From the NCBI GenBank assembly GCA_963745075.1, contig CAVUWV010000010.1, forward strand, positions 352,001 through 416,000: a stretch of DNA of 64,000 nucleotides, given 5' to 3'. The DNA comes from Candidatus Hydrogenedentota bacterium. Its GTDB lineage: Bacteria; Hydrogenedentota; Hydrogenedentia; Hydrogenedentales; SLHB01. Under the pieces are notes generated by a model. The model made no database searches. It was not told the DNA's origin and saw nothing but the letters and a program-made list of their open reading frames with translations. Below, piece by piece: positions 51,171-61,071 of this stretch. Both the position numbers and the translations under genes were made by a program. How positions within the stretch are numbered: the first letter of the stretch is position 1; the number at the start of each line of letters is the position of its first letter.

Positions 51171-51878
51171 TCAAGGCACGGCCGGTAAGTCAACACCGGG
51201 CTGGGGCACTTGCGGTGTCGGTACGGGAGGCGGCATTCCCGGTAGTCCCGGCATCAAGTCTTCCGGCATGAGCGGTGCATTCGAGCCCGTCTCCGGGCCG
51301 GTACCGGACTGCAATTGGGCGATGACCTTCTGTAATTCCGGCTGTTCGGGGTCGATGGATAAGCTCCGCATGAAATAGCGCTGAGCCATGGCGGGTTGGC
51401 GTTTCTCGTTGAGGTAGATCATCCCCAGTTCGCGGTAGATGCGGGCTTTGTCTCTCGATATCACGCCTGATGGCGTGAAGCCTGGCGACGCAGGCGACTT
51501 CGCTCCGCGGTAGTCGCCGGGGAAAGTATCCATCCGTCCCAATTGGGCGATGGCTTCGTCGATACGGCCTTGCCCTTTCAGACAGGTGAAGGCCAACCAG
51601 TTGGCCTCGGGTTCCAGGGGGTCTTTCTTCAGCAGCCGCTCAAAGAGGGGCAATGCCTCGCGGTAACGTCCCGTTTGGACGTAGACCTTGCCCAGATTCC
51701 GTAGCGACGTGCCGTACTCGGGGTCAGTCTCCAGTGCTTGCATGTAATACCGCTCCGCCGCCCCCAACTGACCGTATTCCGCGCAGACGCTGCCGAGGTT
51801 GTTCAACGTCTCCTTCCCGTCTTCCCCAATGCGCAGCGCCGTATCGAAAGCTGCCAAGTCGTCATCAATCCGGCTGGT
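51171..51878 (-). pseudogene. 3' remnant of a TPR protein gene
   Basis: TPR units (LNNLG..., SLRNLGKVY, IYRELG); the reading frame runs upstream into a repeat cluster with no convincing start. Confidence 0.65.
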
Positions 51879-51994
51879 GGGGACAGGGACAGACCCCGTG
51901 TTTTGCTCCGAAGACTCCGCAAAAGACGGGGTCAGTCCCCATTGTGCAAAAAGACGGGGTCAGTCCCGAGGGCGCGAAAGACGGGGTCAGTCCC
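51879..51994. repeat. AAAGACGGGGTCAGTCCC x3 plus one inverted copy
   Basis: Copies at 51922, 51950 and 51977; inverted GGGACAGACCCCGTGTTTTGC at 51886. Confidence 0.88.
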
Positions 51995-52234
51995 GCCGAT
52001 GGGCGTTGACCATCCGCGCACCCGGTAACCCGGAAATTACGGGGGGACGGGTACAAACCCATAAGATCTCAGTACCCGATAAAGATGTGTATGATAGATG
52101 CACGTCATGAGGCAAGAGAGTAACGCGCTGCTCAGGGTAGACGCGGCTTCCAGCTACGTTGATTCTCCAAGACAAACGGCCCTATTCGGAACAAAGATCC
52201 AACGCGGTTGGAAGGCGCGTCTACCCTGTAACCA

Positions 52235-53497
52235 ATGGAGTCCATGAACGGCACACCACACAAACGCTCCACTCTCCGCATTCTGCTCCCGGGCTTGCTC
52301 GTCGCGGCGACTGGCGTCGGGGCCGGCGATCTGGCGACTGCAAGTCTGACGGGATCGAAGCTCGGTGTCGCAATCCTGTGGGCGGTCCTCGTCGGCGCGT
52401 TCCTCAAGTTCGTTCTCACGGAAGGCCTTGGCCGCTGGCAACTTGCAACGGGCAGCACCCTCCTGGAAGGTTGCGCGGCACACATGGGACGGCCCTTTCT
52501 TGTCGCCTTCTTTTGCTATCTTCTGCCATGGAGTTTCTTCGTGGGCTCCGCCATGATGGCGGCCTGTGGCGCCACGATGCATGCCATGGTTCCGGTATTC
52601 GACAGTGCTCCGATGGGAAAGATCGCCTTCGGAATTGCTCACGGCATCCTCGGCGTGATCCTGGTTCGCATGGGCGGCTACCGCCTCTTCAGCCGCGTCA
52701 TGAGCGTGTGCATCGGCGTCATGTTCGTCACCGTGGTCACCGCGGCCGCGCTCCAACCCGTCGACTGGCTGTCCGTCCTTCGCGGGCTGACAATCCCCAC
52801 GATCCCGCACGCCAGCCGGGACAGCCTGTCCTGGACCGTCGCCTTGATGGGCGGCGTCGGCGGCACGCTGACGGTCCTGTGTTACGGCTACTGGATTCGC
52901 GAGGAGGGGCGCACCGGACGCGACGCCGTCCGCCTCTGCCGGATCGATCTCGGCGCCGGATACGCCATGACCGCCCTCTTCGGAATCGCCATGGTCATCA
53001 TCGGCAGCCAGGTTCCCATCGAAGGCAAGGGCGCTACCCTGATTGTCGATCTCTCCAACCAACTCAGCGCCAGCATCGGACCAGTCGCGAAATGGGCGTT
53101 CCTCGTCGGCGCGTACGGTGCCGTGTTCAGCAGCCTGCTTGGCGTCTGGCAGAGCGTCCCCTACATCTTCGCCGACGCCTGGTCCATGGCCCTCCGAGAT
53201 TCCAGCGAGCGGCGGCAAACCCGCGTCTCCGAACAATCTCGGACCTACCGCATCTACCTGTACCTGCTCGCGTTGATCCCCATGATCGGTTTGTTCTACG
53301 GATTCAGCGCCATACAAAAGCTCTACGCCGTCGTTGGGGCGTGTTTCATGCCATTTCTCGCCATTTCTCTGCTCTTTCTGAATGGCAGAAGCACCTGGGT
53401 GGGTCGGGATTTCCGAAATCATCCCGTGACATCGGTCCTGCTGGTGGGAATTATAGTCTTCTTCGCCGTGGCAGGCTGGGTCGGGCTACACCGATGA
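52235..53497 (+). CDS. NRAMP-family divalent metal transporter-like protein
   Basis: PGLLVAATGVGAGDL, EGLGRWQLATG..LLEG and multiple TMs. Confidence 0.82.
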   Translation: MESMNGTPHKRSTLRILLPGLLVAATGVGAGDLATASLTGSKLGVAILWAVLVGAFLKFVLTEGLGRWQLATGSTLLEGCAAHMGRPFLVAFFCYLLPWSFFVGSAMMAACGATMHAMVPVFDSAPMGKIAFGIAHGILGVILVRMGGYRLFSRVMSVCIGVMFVTVVTAAALQPVDWLSVLRGLTIPTIPHASRDSLSWTVALMGGVGGTLTVLCYGYWIREEGRTGRDAVRLCRIDLGAGYAMTALFGIAMVIIGSQVPIEGKGATLIVDLSNQLSASIGPVAKWAFLVGAYGAVFSSLLGVWQSVPYIFADAWSMALRDSSERRQTRVSEQSRTYRIYLYLLALIPMIGLFYGFSAIQKLYAVVGACFMPFLAISLLFLNGRSTWVGRDFRNHPVTSVLLVGIIVFFAVAGWVGLHR

Positions 53498-54436
53498 TTC
53501 CCCGGCCAGCGACCGGTACCATTCGACCGTCCGCTTCAGCCCTTCCCCAACACTGACCTGCGGTTTATATCCGAAGGTTTCGCCCGCCCTCCGGATATCT
53601 GCACAGGACCGGCGAATATCCCCAGCGCGGGATGGCTCGAAGACCGGTTCCAGTTTCGTCCCCAGGATTTCGTTCAACAAGGCAACCAGCCCCAGGATCG
53701 ACGTTTCCGCGCCGCAGGCCGCATTGTAGACTCCCGCCAGCGGACCCTCCGCATCACAAACCCGGAGGTTGGCGTCGACCACGTTCCCGATGTAGCTGAA
53801 ATCACGCGATTGCCGGCCGTTACCATGGACCGGCGGGCGTTCTCCTCGCAGCATCTTGGACAGGAAAATGGGGACCACCGCCGCATACTCGCTCGCCGGG
53901 TCCTGCCGGGGCCCAAACACGTTAAAGTACCGAAGACCAACGATATCCATATTGTAAAGGGACGAAAAGACCCGGGCGTAGAGTTCGCAGGTCGCCTTCG
54001 TGACCCCATAGGGCGAGATGGGTTGGGTCGGCAAATCCTCCCGTACCGGGCTCACACTCGTATTGCCATATACCGACGAGGAAGACGCAAACACGACCCG
54101 CCGTACACCTTGCTCGCGGGCGGCCAGGAAGACGTTGAGGGTCCCTTCCACATTGACCCGGTTGGACCGCAGCGGATCCTCAACCGAACGCGGAACGGAC
54201 GGCACCGCCGCCTGATGAAGACAATACTCCACGCCGTCCATCGCCTGATTGACCAAGTCCACTTCACAGATCGATCCCTCGATAAACTCAATCTGGGACA
54301 AAACTTCCGTGAGATTCGCGCGACGCCCCGTGGATAGATCGTCCAGCACGCGCACGGAATGGCCTCGTTCAAGCAGGGAACGAACCAGATTGCTGCCGAT
54401 AAAGCCCGCACCCCCAGTCACCAAATACGTTGCCAT
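53486..54436 (-). CDS. UDP-sugar 4-epimerase (extended SDR, WbpP/GalE-like)
   Basis: LVTGGAGFIGS, ASSSSVYG, SPYGVTK and RYFNVFGPRQDP. Confidence 0.92.
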   Translation of the reverse strand: MATYLVTGGAGFIGSNLVRSLLERGHSVRVLDDLSTGRRANLTEVLSQIEFIEGSICEVDLVNQAMDGVEYCLHQAAVPSVPRSVEDPLRSNRVNVEGTLNVFLAAREQGVRRVVFASSSSVYGNTSVSPVREDLPTQPISPYGVTKATCELYARVFSSLYNMDIVGLRYFNVFGPRQDPASEYAAVVPIFLSKMLRGERPPVHGNGRQSRDFSYIGNVVDANLRVCDAEGPLAGVYNAACGAETSILGLVALLNEILGTKLEPVFEPSRAGDIRRSCADIRRAGETFGYKPQVSVGEGLKRTVEWYRSLAGESSV

Positions 54437-54502
54437 GGGATCCTCCCCTTGAACCGAGATTATAGAACGCTTGATTCCACGGGACAATGGACTAAAGAGC
54501 GT

Positions 54503-55519
54503 TCAGTTTCGGGGCAGTGGAAGATGTATGACTCGACCTTCCTGAACGCTTTGGTAGGCAGCCTCGCCAATTTCTACCGCACGAAGTCCATCTTCCCCCG
54601 GGATAGTAACCGGTCGTTCGCCCAGGCACGCTTCGGCGAATTCCCGGATCTCGCGCGTAACCCCGTCTTCCCACTCCGGATGAATGTCTCTATAGGCAAG
54701 CACTTCCAGATCCTCGCCATCCCGGCCGACACGTAAGGTCGAGGTCACGCTGTCGTAGTAAATCGTCCCCTTCTCACAGAAAACTTCTCCACTGTTTCGC
54801 GTAATGCGGTCAATAGAAGAAGAGGTACAAGTCCCGATAGTCCCATTCTTGAACGCTACCTGGAAGGTAATGAAGTCCTCATCGTCCACCTCGTCATTTA
54901 TGAATCGCTTACCCAGCGCCTGCACGGAGACAGCTTCCCCAAGAATGCACAACATCAGATCGATTTCATGGACGTTCACTTCCAAAAGCATGCCGCCGGT
55001 CGTGGCACGCCGCATACGCCACGGCCGCGCCCATTCGCCCCATTTCCCCATCGTGCGGATCGTACGCATCGCTAAGGGTTTACCAAGGGCACCTGAGTTG
55101 ATCAGCTCCAGAATATACCGATACACGTTGATATATCGGAGTACCTGACCGATCATCAGGATCTTTCTGCTCTCCTTCGCGGTGGATATCATCGCATCAC
55201 ACTGGATCACGTTGAGCCCCATAGGTTTCTCACAGAAGACGTGATACCCTGCTTGCAGAGACGCAATCGCAATCTCGGCATGTGCGTGTTGCGGCGCGGC
55301 GATGACTAGGCCATCTAAGCGCCCTTCCTCCAATATCTTCCGGTAATCCGTACAGGTCGTGATTTCTTTCTCGACCAGGGCGGAGGCTTGTTGCAGGTTC
55401 TCTACGTCGGGATCGGCTAACACCGAAGGCTTTATTTTTGAGACTGCCGCGGCCGCCCGCAACAAATCCCGCCCCATCGTTCCCAGTCCGATAAAGCCAA
55501 GGTGAGCAACCCCTTCCAT
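54503..55519 (-). CDS. Gfo/Idh/MocA family oxidoreductase
   Basis: GFIGLGTMG, HVFCEKPM and GGMLLEVNVHEID. Confidence 0.9.
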   Translation of the reverse strand: MEGVAHLGFIGLGTMGRDLLRAAAAVSKIKPSVLADPDVENLQQASALVEKEITTCTDYRKILEEGRLDGLVIAAPQHAHAEIAIASLQAGYHVFCEKPMGLNVIQCDAMISTAKESRKILMIGQVLRYINVYRYILELINSGALGKPLAMRTIRTMGKWGEWARPWRMRRATTGGMLLEVNVHEIDLMLCILGEAVSVQALGKRFINDEVDDEDFITFQVAFKNGTIGTCTSSSIDRITRNSGEVFCEKGTIYYDSVTSTLRVGRDGEDLEVLAYRDIHPEWEDGVTREIREFAEACLGERPVTIPGEDGLRAVEIGEAAYQSVQEGRVIHLPLPRN

Positions 55520-55552
55520 TTAAACACCTCCGACTACTAATTTTTGAACTAA

Positions 55553-55865
55553 CCACAACATATTGAGGAGCCGGTTTTCCACACTATCCCCAAGTTATCC
55601 ACAGGTGTTCCGAGAACTATTTACGAATTGCCACTCAGGACAGAAAAAGCCAAGAAAACCCGTAGTACGATTCTCAATACATTCTAACATCTTTATATAA
55701 AATAACTTATATCAATAATAAACCTATCTCTATTTCTATGAATTTGTCATCTTGCCAGCTCTTCGACAATCAAAGGAGAATGAATTCAGTGATTTCCCCA
55801 TACTTTTCCACAAGACACTTACACGACAAAAAGAAATACATACACTATATCTTGGGTCATTCACA
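55553..55865. promoter_or_regulatory. AT-rich region with DnaA boxes downstream of dnaN
   Basis: TTTTCCACA at 55575, TTATCCACA at 55595, TTTTCCACA at 55804 and TCATTCACA at 55857. Confidence 0.7.
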
Positions 55866-55979
55866 GCATCCTCAAGAACCCTTCAATTATTGGGAATACG
55901 AAAAAAAGGAAGAGGGGCCTTGTGTCCCGGTAAGGCTAAACACAAAACCCCTTCAAAAACACGGAAGGCTCTTTACTTA

Positions 55980-57086
55980 TTAGATGCGAATTGGCATCAC
56001 TACATTGAGATAATTATCTTGTGGTCCATCGTCGTATGGCTTAATCATGCCAGGACTCATAGCATCCTTCAAGACAATACAAAGTTTCGCGGTATCGATT
56101 CGCCGAAGGACCTCAAGTAAGAAATCCGGATTAAACGCGATCTCGACAGGTTGCCCGGCGTATTCAATTGCCATTTCTTCCTGGTATTCACCAACCTCAG
56201 GCGTAACAACATGTAACGTCAACACACCGTCGTCCAGGTTAAACCGCACAGAGTTAAACTTATCATTTGTCATCGTACGTGTACGCCGAACAGCTTCGAG
56301 AAAGGCCGAGGTGTTCAGTAAGGCTTCTTTATCATGCTTCTTTGGAACCACCATGTCGTAATTTGGGAAGTTCCCCTCGATTAACGCCGTAACCAGCCGG
56401 ATGGAGTCAAAAGAGAAGGCCGCCTGTGTTTCATCTAGAAATACACTGACTTCACCGTCGTCACCTAGTAGACGCTCTAGCTCAGCTATCATCTTACCCG
56501 GAATAATCACCTTAAGGTTGATACCATCAGGGATTCCCTCTGATTCGGCGTAGAGGCTCATGCGCCGGCCATCAGTCGCTACCGCAGTTAATCTTCCACC
56601 GCTTAATTCAAACAACAGACCAGTTAAGTTATACCGCGCCTGGTCTGAACAAATAGCAAAACTCGTGCGCTGGAACAAGCGCCTCAATAAACTTTGCGGA
56701 AGCACGAGCGGCTCGATTCCTTCAAAGCCACGAACCGGTGGAAACTCATCCGCTAACATACTAAACAGCTTCGTGTGAATTTTACCGGCTTCCAAAGCAA
56801 TCACATTGTTTTCGCCCAAATACAGGGTTAAATCGCCATCGGGCAATTCCGTTAAAATAGATGAAAGCCGTTGCGAAGAAACCGTGAGCGAACCCGGTTC
56901 CTCTACCGTACAGTCCACGGTACACTCGATGCTTACCTTGAGATCGGTAGCGGTGAGCTTAATCGAACTATCGCCGGTCTCGATTAAAATATGAGACAAG
57001 ATCGGTAACGCAGATTTTGGAGATACCACGGTCTTCACTTTGTTCACTGCATCGAGCAGATCTTGACGGGGTATGGCAATCTTCAT
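55980..57086 (-). CDS. dnaN: DNA polymerase III beta clamp
   Basis: LPILSHILI, LTATDL, VATDGRRM, LIEGNFPNY, IAFNP.FL and VVMPIRI. Confidence 0.97.
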   Translation of the reverse strand: MKIAIPRQDLLDAVNKVKTVVSPKSALPILSHILIETGDSSIKLTATDLKVSIECTVDCTVEEPGSLTVSSQRLSSILTELPDGDLTLYLGENNVIALEAGKIHTKLFSMLADEFPPVRGFEGIEPLVLPQSLLRRLFQRTSFAICSDQARYNLTGLLFELSGGRLTAVATDGRRMSLYAESEGIPDGINLKVIIPGKMIAELERLLGDDGEVSVFLDETQAAFSFDSIRLVTALIEGNFPNYDMVVPKKHDKEALLNTSAFLEAVRRTRTMTNDKFNSVRFNLDDGVLTLHVVTPEVGEYQEEMAIEYAGQPVEIAFNPDFLLEVLRRIDTAKLCIVLKDAMSPGMIKPYDDGPQDNYLNVVMPIRI

Positions 57087-57149
57087 GAGGTACTCTCCAA
57101 GTCTGGCTTCCGGTGAACTGGTTTTACTTTCTGCTGATGTAATTTTTCT

Positions 57150-57705
57150 ACAAAATAAGTAATCATAGTAATAGGGGCTGTGTAAACGGTGGATTACCGG
57201 GTAAACCAGTAACCGATGAATTACTTAGACTGTCAGTATCTTATGGGATAACCTGTTTGAATAATCATGACTATCCACAAAGCCCCGAATCGTCGTCGAT
57301 AAATCAGATGCTTTAGCCTGTCATATCTGGAAAACATCGCGGGTTATCCAGATCTTATTAACTACCTTTCCACACACAGCATCTCACTATAATGTTCCAC
57401 GGAAAATAAAAGTTTTCCACAGCCCTTTCATTTTAGTTTTGAACTGTTTATGGTGAATTTCACCGGGATTGACCACTGGCTGTGGAACAATACATATTCC
57501 GCTTTTGCGCGCGAAAGAAAAGCATCCGTCGGATTAGCTAAGATTAAATTTTTGAATGTCTTACAGGGAAGAAACCGGGTCAGGATCAAGTACTGAAAAG
57601 TGGTTGTAAACCTCGCGTTTATATGGACTTGGTGTGTCCGTGCCATATATTATGTTTGGCCCCTGAGCGCGGTCTCTAACCACTTATCCACACCTTATTC
57701 ACGGG
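57150..57705. other. Probable replication origin oriC (DnaA-trios plus DnaA boxes)
   Basis: AAG TAA TCA TAG TAA TAG GGGC TGTGTAAAC GGTGGATTA at 57157-57196; further boxes at 57271, 57366, 57413, 57481, 57684 and 57695; AT-rich. Confidence 0.8.
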
Positions 57706-57885
57706 TACGGATGTGTAAGTCTTCGCCCCGCGCGACATGCTATCAAAGGGTAACGGTAAAAGCAAGCACTTCGGCTCGTTCACATGCCAAGTAGCGGCCT
57801 TAGTAAAGGCCCCCACACCTTCGTATGGGACCGTGAACAACCGTATACAGAGCGGTTCTCTTGTGTCGTGCGCGCCTTATACTGG

Positions 57886-59868
57886 TCAGGTACGGATTAC
57901 CCGCAAGAATTCTTCCGGCGCCACCGACCCCTGCTTAACCTTCAAACGGCAGCGGTCAGCCATGGTCTTCAGTTTGGCTGATTTCACGATCTTTTCCGTG
58001 GGCTCGTCCGCGGCAATCTGACGCCGGATATCCGCGGTGATTTCGAGAATCTCGAAGATTCCGGTGCGGCCTTTATTGCCAGTATGATAGCAGTTGTCGC
58101 AGCCCTTACCACGATACAGTTTCTTCGTGCTTTCCGGTAAGCGTAGTGATTTCAACAACGGCTTTGTGGGAGTGAAGGGTGTCCGGCAATCCGGGCATAT
58201 TTTTCGGACCAGTCGCTGGGCCACCACACACGTAAGCGCACTGGAAATCAGGTAGGAAGGAATCTGCATGTTTCGCAGGGTGGTAATTGCTTCGGGGGCG
58301 TCATTGGTGTGTAAGGTGCTGAAGACCAGATGCCCGGTCATCGCTGCGCGGATCGCGATCCGCGCCGTGTCGCTGTCCCGAATCTCGCCCACGAGCAGCA
58401 CATCGATGTCTTGCCGCAGCGCGGCCCGCAAGGTGTTTGCAAACGTCACTTCGATGTCTGTATCGATTTGGACTTGGTTGATCCCGGACATTTGGTATTC
58501 GACCGGATCTTCCAAGGTCACGATGCTCTCAGTAAGCACGTTCTTTTGATTCAACGCCGCGTACAATGAAGTTGTCTTACCACTTCCCGTCGGACCTGTA
58601 ACCAAAATCATGCCATACGGTTGCTCGATCATTCGGGTCATCGTGGCTTCGTCATCGGGCTCCAGTCCCAAGTCCTTAATCCCGGCCAGTACGGAGGATT
58701 GGTCCAAAAGGCGCAAGACGACCCGTTCGCCCAGGTAGGTTGGGAGCGTTGCAACCCGAAGGTCAAATTCGCGTTCCCTGGTTTCGATGCTGATATGGCC
58801 GTCTTGAGGCCGGCGCACTTCGGTAATATCAAGATCCGCCATGATTTTGATGCGCGAGACTACCGCGTTTTCAATTTCCGGCGCGATACTCATGACGTCG
58901 TGGAGAACCCCATCGATCCGGTAGCGCACACGCATTTCCGGTTCCTGCGGGTCCAAGTGGATATCGGTAGCGCCCGAATTGACCGCCCCCTCGATGATTG
59001 TCGAGACCATCTTGATGACTGGCGCACCCTCGGCCAGTCTTGCAATCTCGTCAAAACGGCGTTTATCCTGGGTCTTTTCCGCGGTAGCCACGATCTTCGC
59101 CTCCTCTTTGGGTTTTGCGCTTTTCTTGGCGTTGGGTTGCTTTGTGGCACTCTTCTTTGGAGGTTTGGCTTCCTGTTTTTGTGGTTCTTGAGCCTTGACT
59201 TGCCGCTTTGCGGAGACCGCCACATGGCGCTTGCCGCCCGATGCGTAGCGGGCCTTTATTTCCACCTTAATATCTTCGCAGTCGGTAAGGATGGGATGAA
59301 CCCGTTTCCCGAGGATAACGCCCAAATCGCCGAGGGTTTCCGTGACCTGCGGATTCACAATCAAGACCGTAAGCTTGTCCCCTTCCAGCACAACCGGAAT
59401 GAGTTGATACTTCTTCGCAATACTTTCGGGCACCGCTTCGAGGGCCATCCGTGCGCTCGGGGTCTCCGAGAGATCCGCGTATTCGAGGCCGTGTTGCTTG
59501 CCCAACGCAATGGCTATTGCGCGGCCGGTTATCACGCCCCGGTCCTGCAGGATTCTCCCGAGTAGCCGTCCCGTGCGCTTTTGCTCCTCAAGCGCATCTT
59601 TCAATTGCTTCTCGGTGATCGCCTTGATGTTGACCAGCGTGCGGCCGAGCGTCTGATCCTCATCCCGCACACTCTTGGGATGAAACTCGTGCCGCAAGGT
59701 CTGGTCGAGCGTATCGAAGGAAATCTTGCCGATCTGAAGCAAGGACCGGTACCAGGGGACCCCCGTGGCTTTCTCCCGGGCCCGGGCCTCGGCCAATTCC
59801 TCCCGCGTGATGATCTCGTCTTTCACGAGCGCATCGGCCAGATTCGCCTGCTTTTGCTCCTCTGCCAT
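57886..59868 (-). CDS. GspE/PilB family secretion/pilus assembly ATPase with MshEN-like N-terminus
   Basis: ATDIHLDP, RRPQDG, GPTGSGKTT, LRQDIDVLLVGEIRD, STLHTND, CxxC...CxxC; LG..L..G motifs. Confidence 0.92.
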   Translation of the reverse strand: MAEEQKQANLADALVKDEIITREELAEARAREKATGVPWYRSLLQIGKISFDTLDQTLRHEFHPKSVRDEDQTLGRTLVNIKAITEKQLKDALEEQKRTGRLLGRILQDRGVITGRAIAIALGKQHGLEYADLSETPSARMALEAVPESIAKKYQLIPVVLEGDKLTVLIVNPQVTETLGDLGVILGKRVHPILTDCEDIKVEIKARYASGGKRHVAVSAKRQVKAQEPQKQEAKPPKKSATKQPNAKKSAKPKEEAKIVATAEKTQDKRRFDEIARLAEGAPVIKMVSTIIEGAVNSGATDIHLDPQEPEMRVRYRIDGVLHDVMSIAPEIENAVVSRIKIMADLDITEVRRPQDGHISIETREREFDLRVATLPTYLGERVVLRLLDQSSVLAGIKDLGLEPDDEATMTRMIEQPYGMILVTGPTGSGKTTSLYAALNQKNVLTESIVTLEDPVEYQMSGINQVQIDTDIEVTFANTLRAALRQDIDVLLVGEIRDSDTARIAIRAAMTGHLVFSTLHTNDAPEAITTLRNMQIPSYLISSALTCVVAQRLVRKICPDCRTPFTPTKPLLKSLRLPESTKKLYRGKGCDNCYHTGNKGRTGIFEILEITADIRRQIAADEPTEKIVKSAKLKTMADRCRLKVKQGSVAPEEFLRVIRT

Positions 59869-60217
59869 ATAGACAAACCTCCCCGAACGTATGGCGGCAC
59901 TGCCCGTTATGAGTGCGAATGAACGAGCCCCATTATAGGGTGCCGCGCTCCGTTGGTAAAGCATTTTTCGCACTCGAGGCAAGGATGACGCCCTCGCCCA
60001 GCGCGCGATGTAGTAAACGGCCTAAGAGACCGTAAGGACGAAAGGGACGTATTCGAGAAGGCCGTGCACGCGGGCCCCCGGCCCTTCCATATTGTCCATC
60101 TCGTCGTTTATGTCGTCTTGGCCCTTTGCGTCATTTCTTCGACCCATTCGCAGCGCGCAGCATTTACGGACCGACAAACAGTTGCCGCGATACCCCGGAC
60201 CGCCCTACACTAGCCCC

Positions 60218-60856
60218 ATGAATCCGCCATCCTACGTCTGGTACGCCTGCTACGGTTCCAACCTTTGCCGCGACCGCTTCATGATCTACCTGGCCGGTGG
60301 ACAGGCGCCGGGCAGTACGCGCGTGTATCCCGGAACCCGCGACCAAACGCCCCCAACGGACGACCGGCCCTTCACCATCCCCCGCGAACTGTACTTTGCC
60401 CAGGCGTCGCCGACCTGGAACGGCGGCGGCGTCGCATTCGTTACCGAGGAACCGGTCGACGGCGCCGTCACCTACGCGCGCCTGTACCGGATTACGTCAA
60501 AACAGTTTGCGGGCGTATTCGCCGAAGAAAATGGCGGCCGCCCCAACGCCGGGATTGATTGGGGCGCCGTGCTCGCGAACCCCGCCACGCCGGTGCTGCG
60601 GGAGCGCTGGTACGGCACCATCCTGAACCTCGGCGAGGTGGACAGCGACCCCGTCCTCACCTTTACGTGGGACGCCCCACGGACCTCGATTCCGTACAAT
60701 ATCCCCGCTCCGGCCTACCTTCAACGGATCGCCTCCGGTCTCTCCATCTGTCACGGCCTCCCCCACAAGGCCATCGTCGACTACCTCGCCGCCCGCCCCG
60801 GCCTTCGCGACACCCACACCCGCGACGACGTGGTCCGGATGTTGGACGGGGGCTGA
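60218..60856 (+). CDS. Gamma-glutamylcyclotransferase-like fold protein
   Basis: YVWYACYGSNL start and P.P.YL..I..G tail. Confidence 0.6.
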   Translation: MNPPSYVWYACYGSNLCRDRFMIYLAGGQAPGSTRVYPGTRDQTPPTDDRPFTIPRELYFAQASPTWNGGGVAFVTEEPVDGAVTYARLYRITSKQFAGVFAEENGGRPNAGIDWGAVLANPATPVLRERWYGTILNLGEVDSDPVLTFTWDAPRTSIPYNIPAPAYLQRIASGLSICHGLPHKAIVDYLAARPGLRDTHTRDDVVRMLDGG

Positions 60857-61071
60857 AGTCAAGACACGCGCGCACCATCCCAATGATTTCGCCTATTTCG
60901 GAGGGCGGGTTTTCCTGCCCGCTACACGAACGACCCAACCGGAAACATCGCACCCACTCACTCGCAGATGCAGGTGGGTGGCGGTTTCCTCGCGAAGGGC
61001 AACCCTTCGTAAGGCGCGTACGTAAACCCGCCCTCCTTGACGCCCCACTTAGATGCGAGGGCCGTCCCCGG

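Noticed and set aside
51879..51994. Possible mini-CRISPR array
   Set aside because: Repeats are 18 bp with spacers of only 9-10 bp, one copy is inverted, and there are no cas genes; REP-like instead
57428..57646. 72-aa ORF as rpmH or a dnaA remnant
   Set aside because: Lacks the Arg/Lys-rich L34 pattern and DnaA motifs; overlaps DnaA-box DNA
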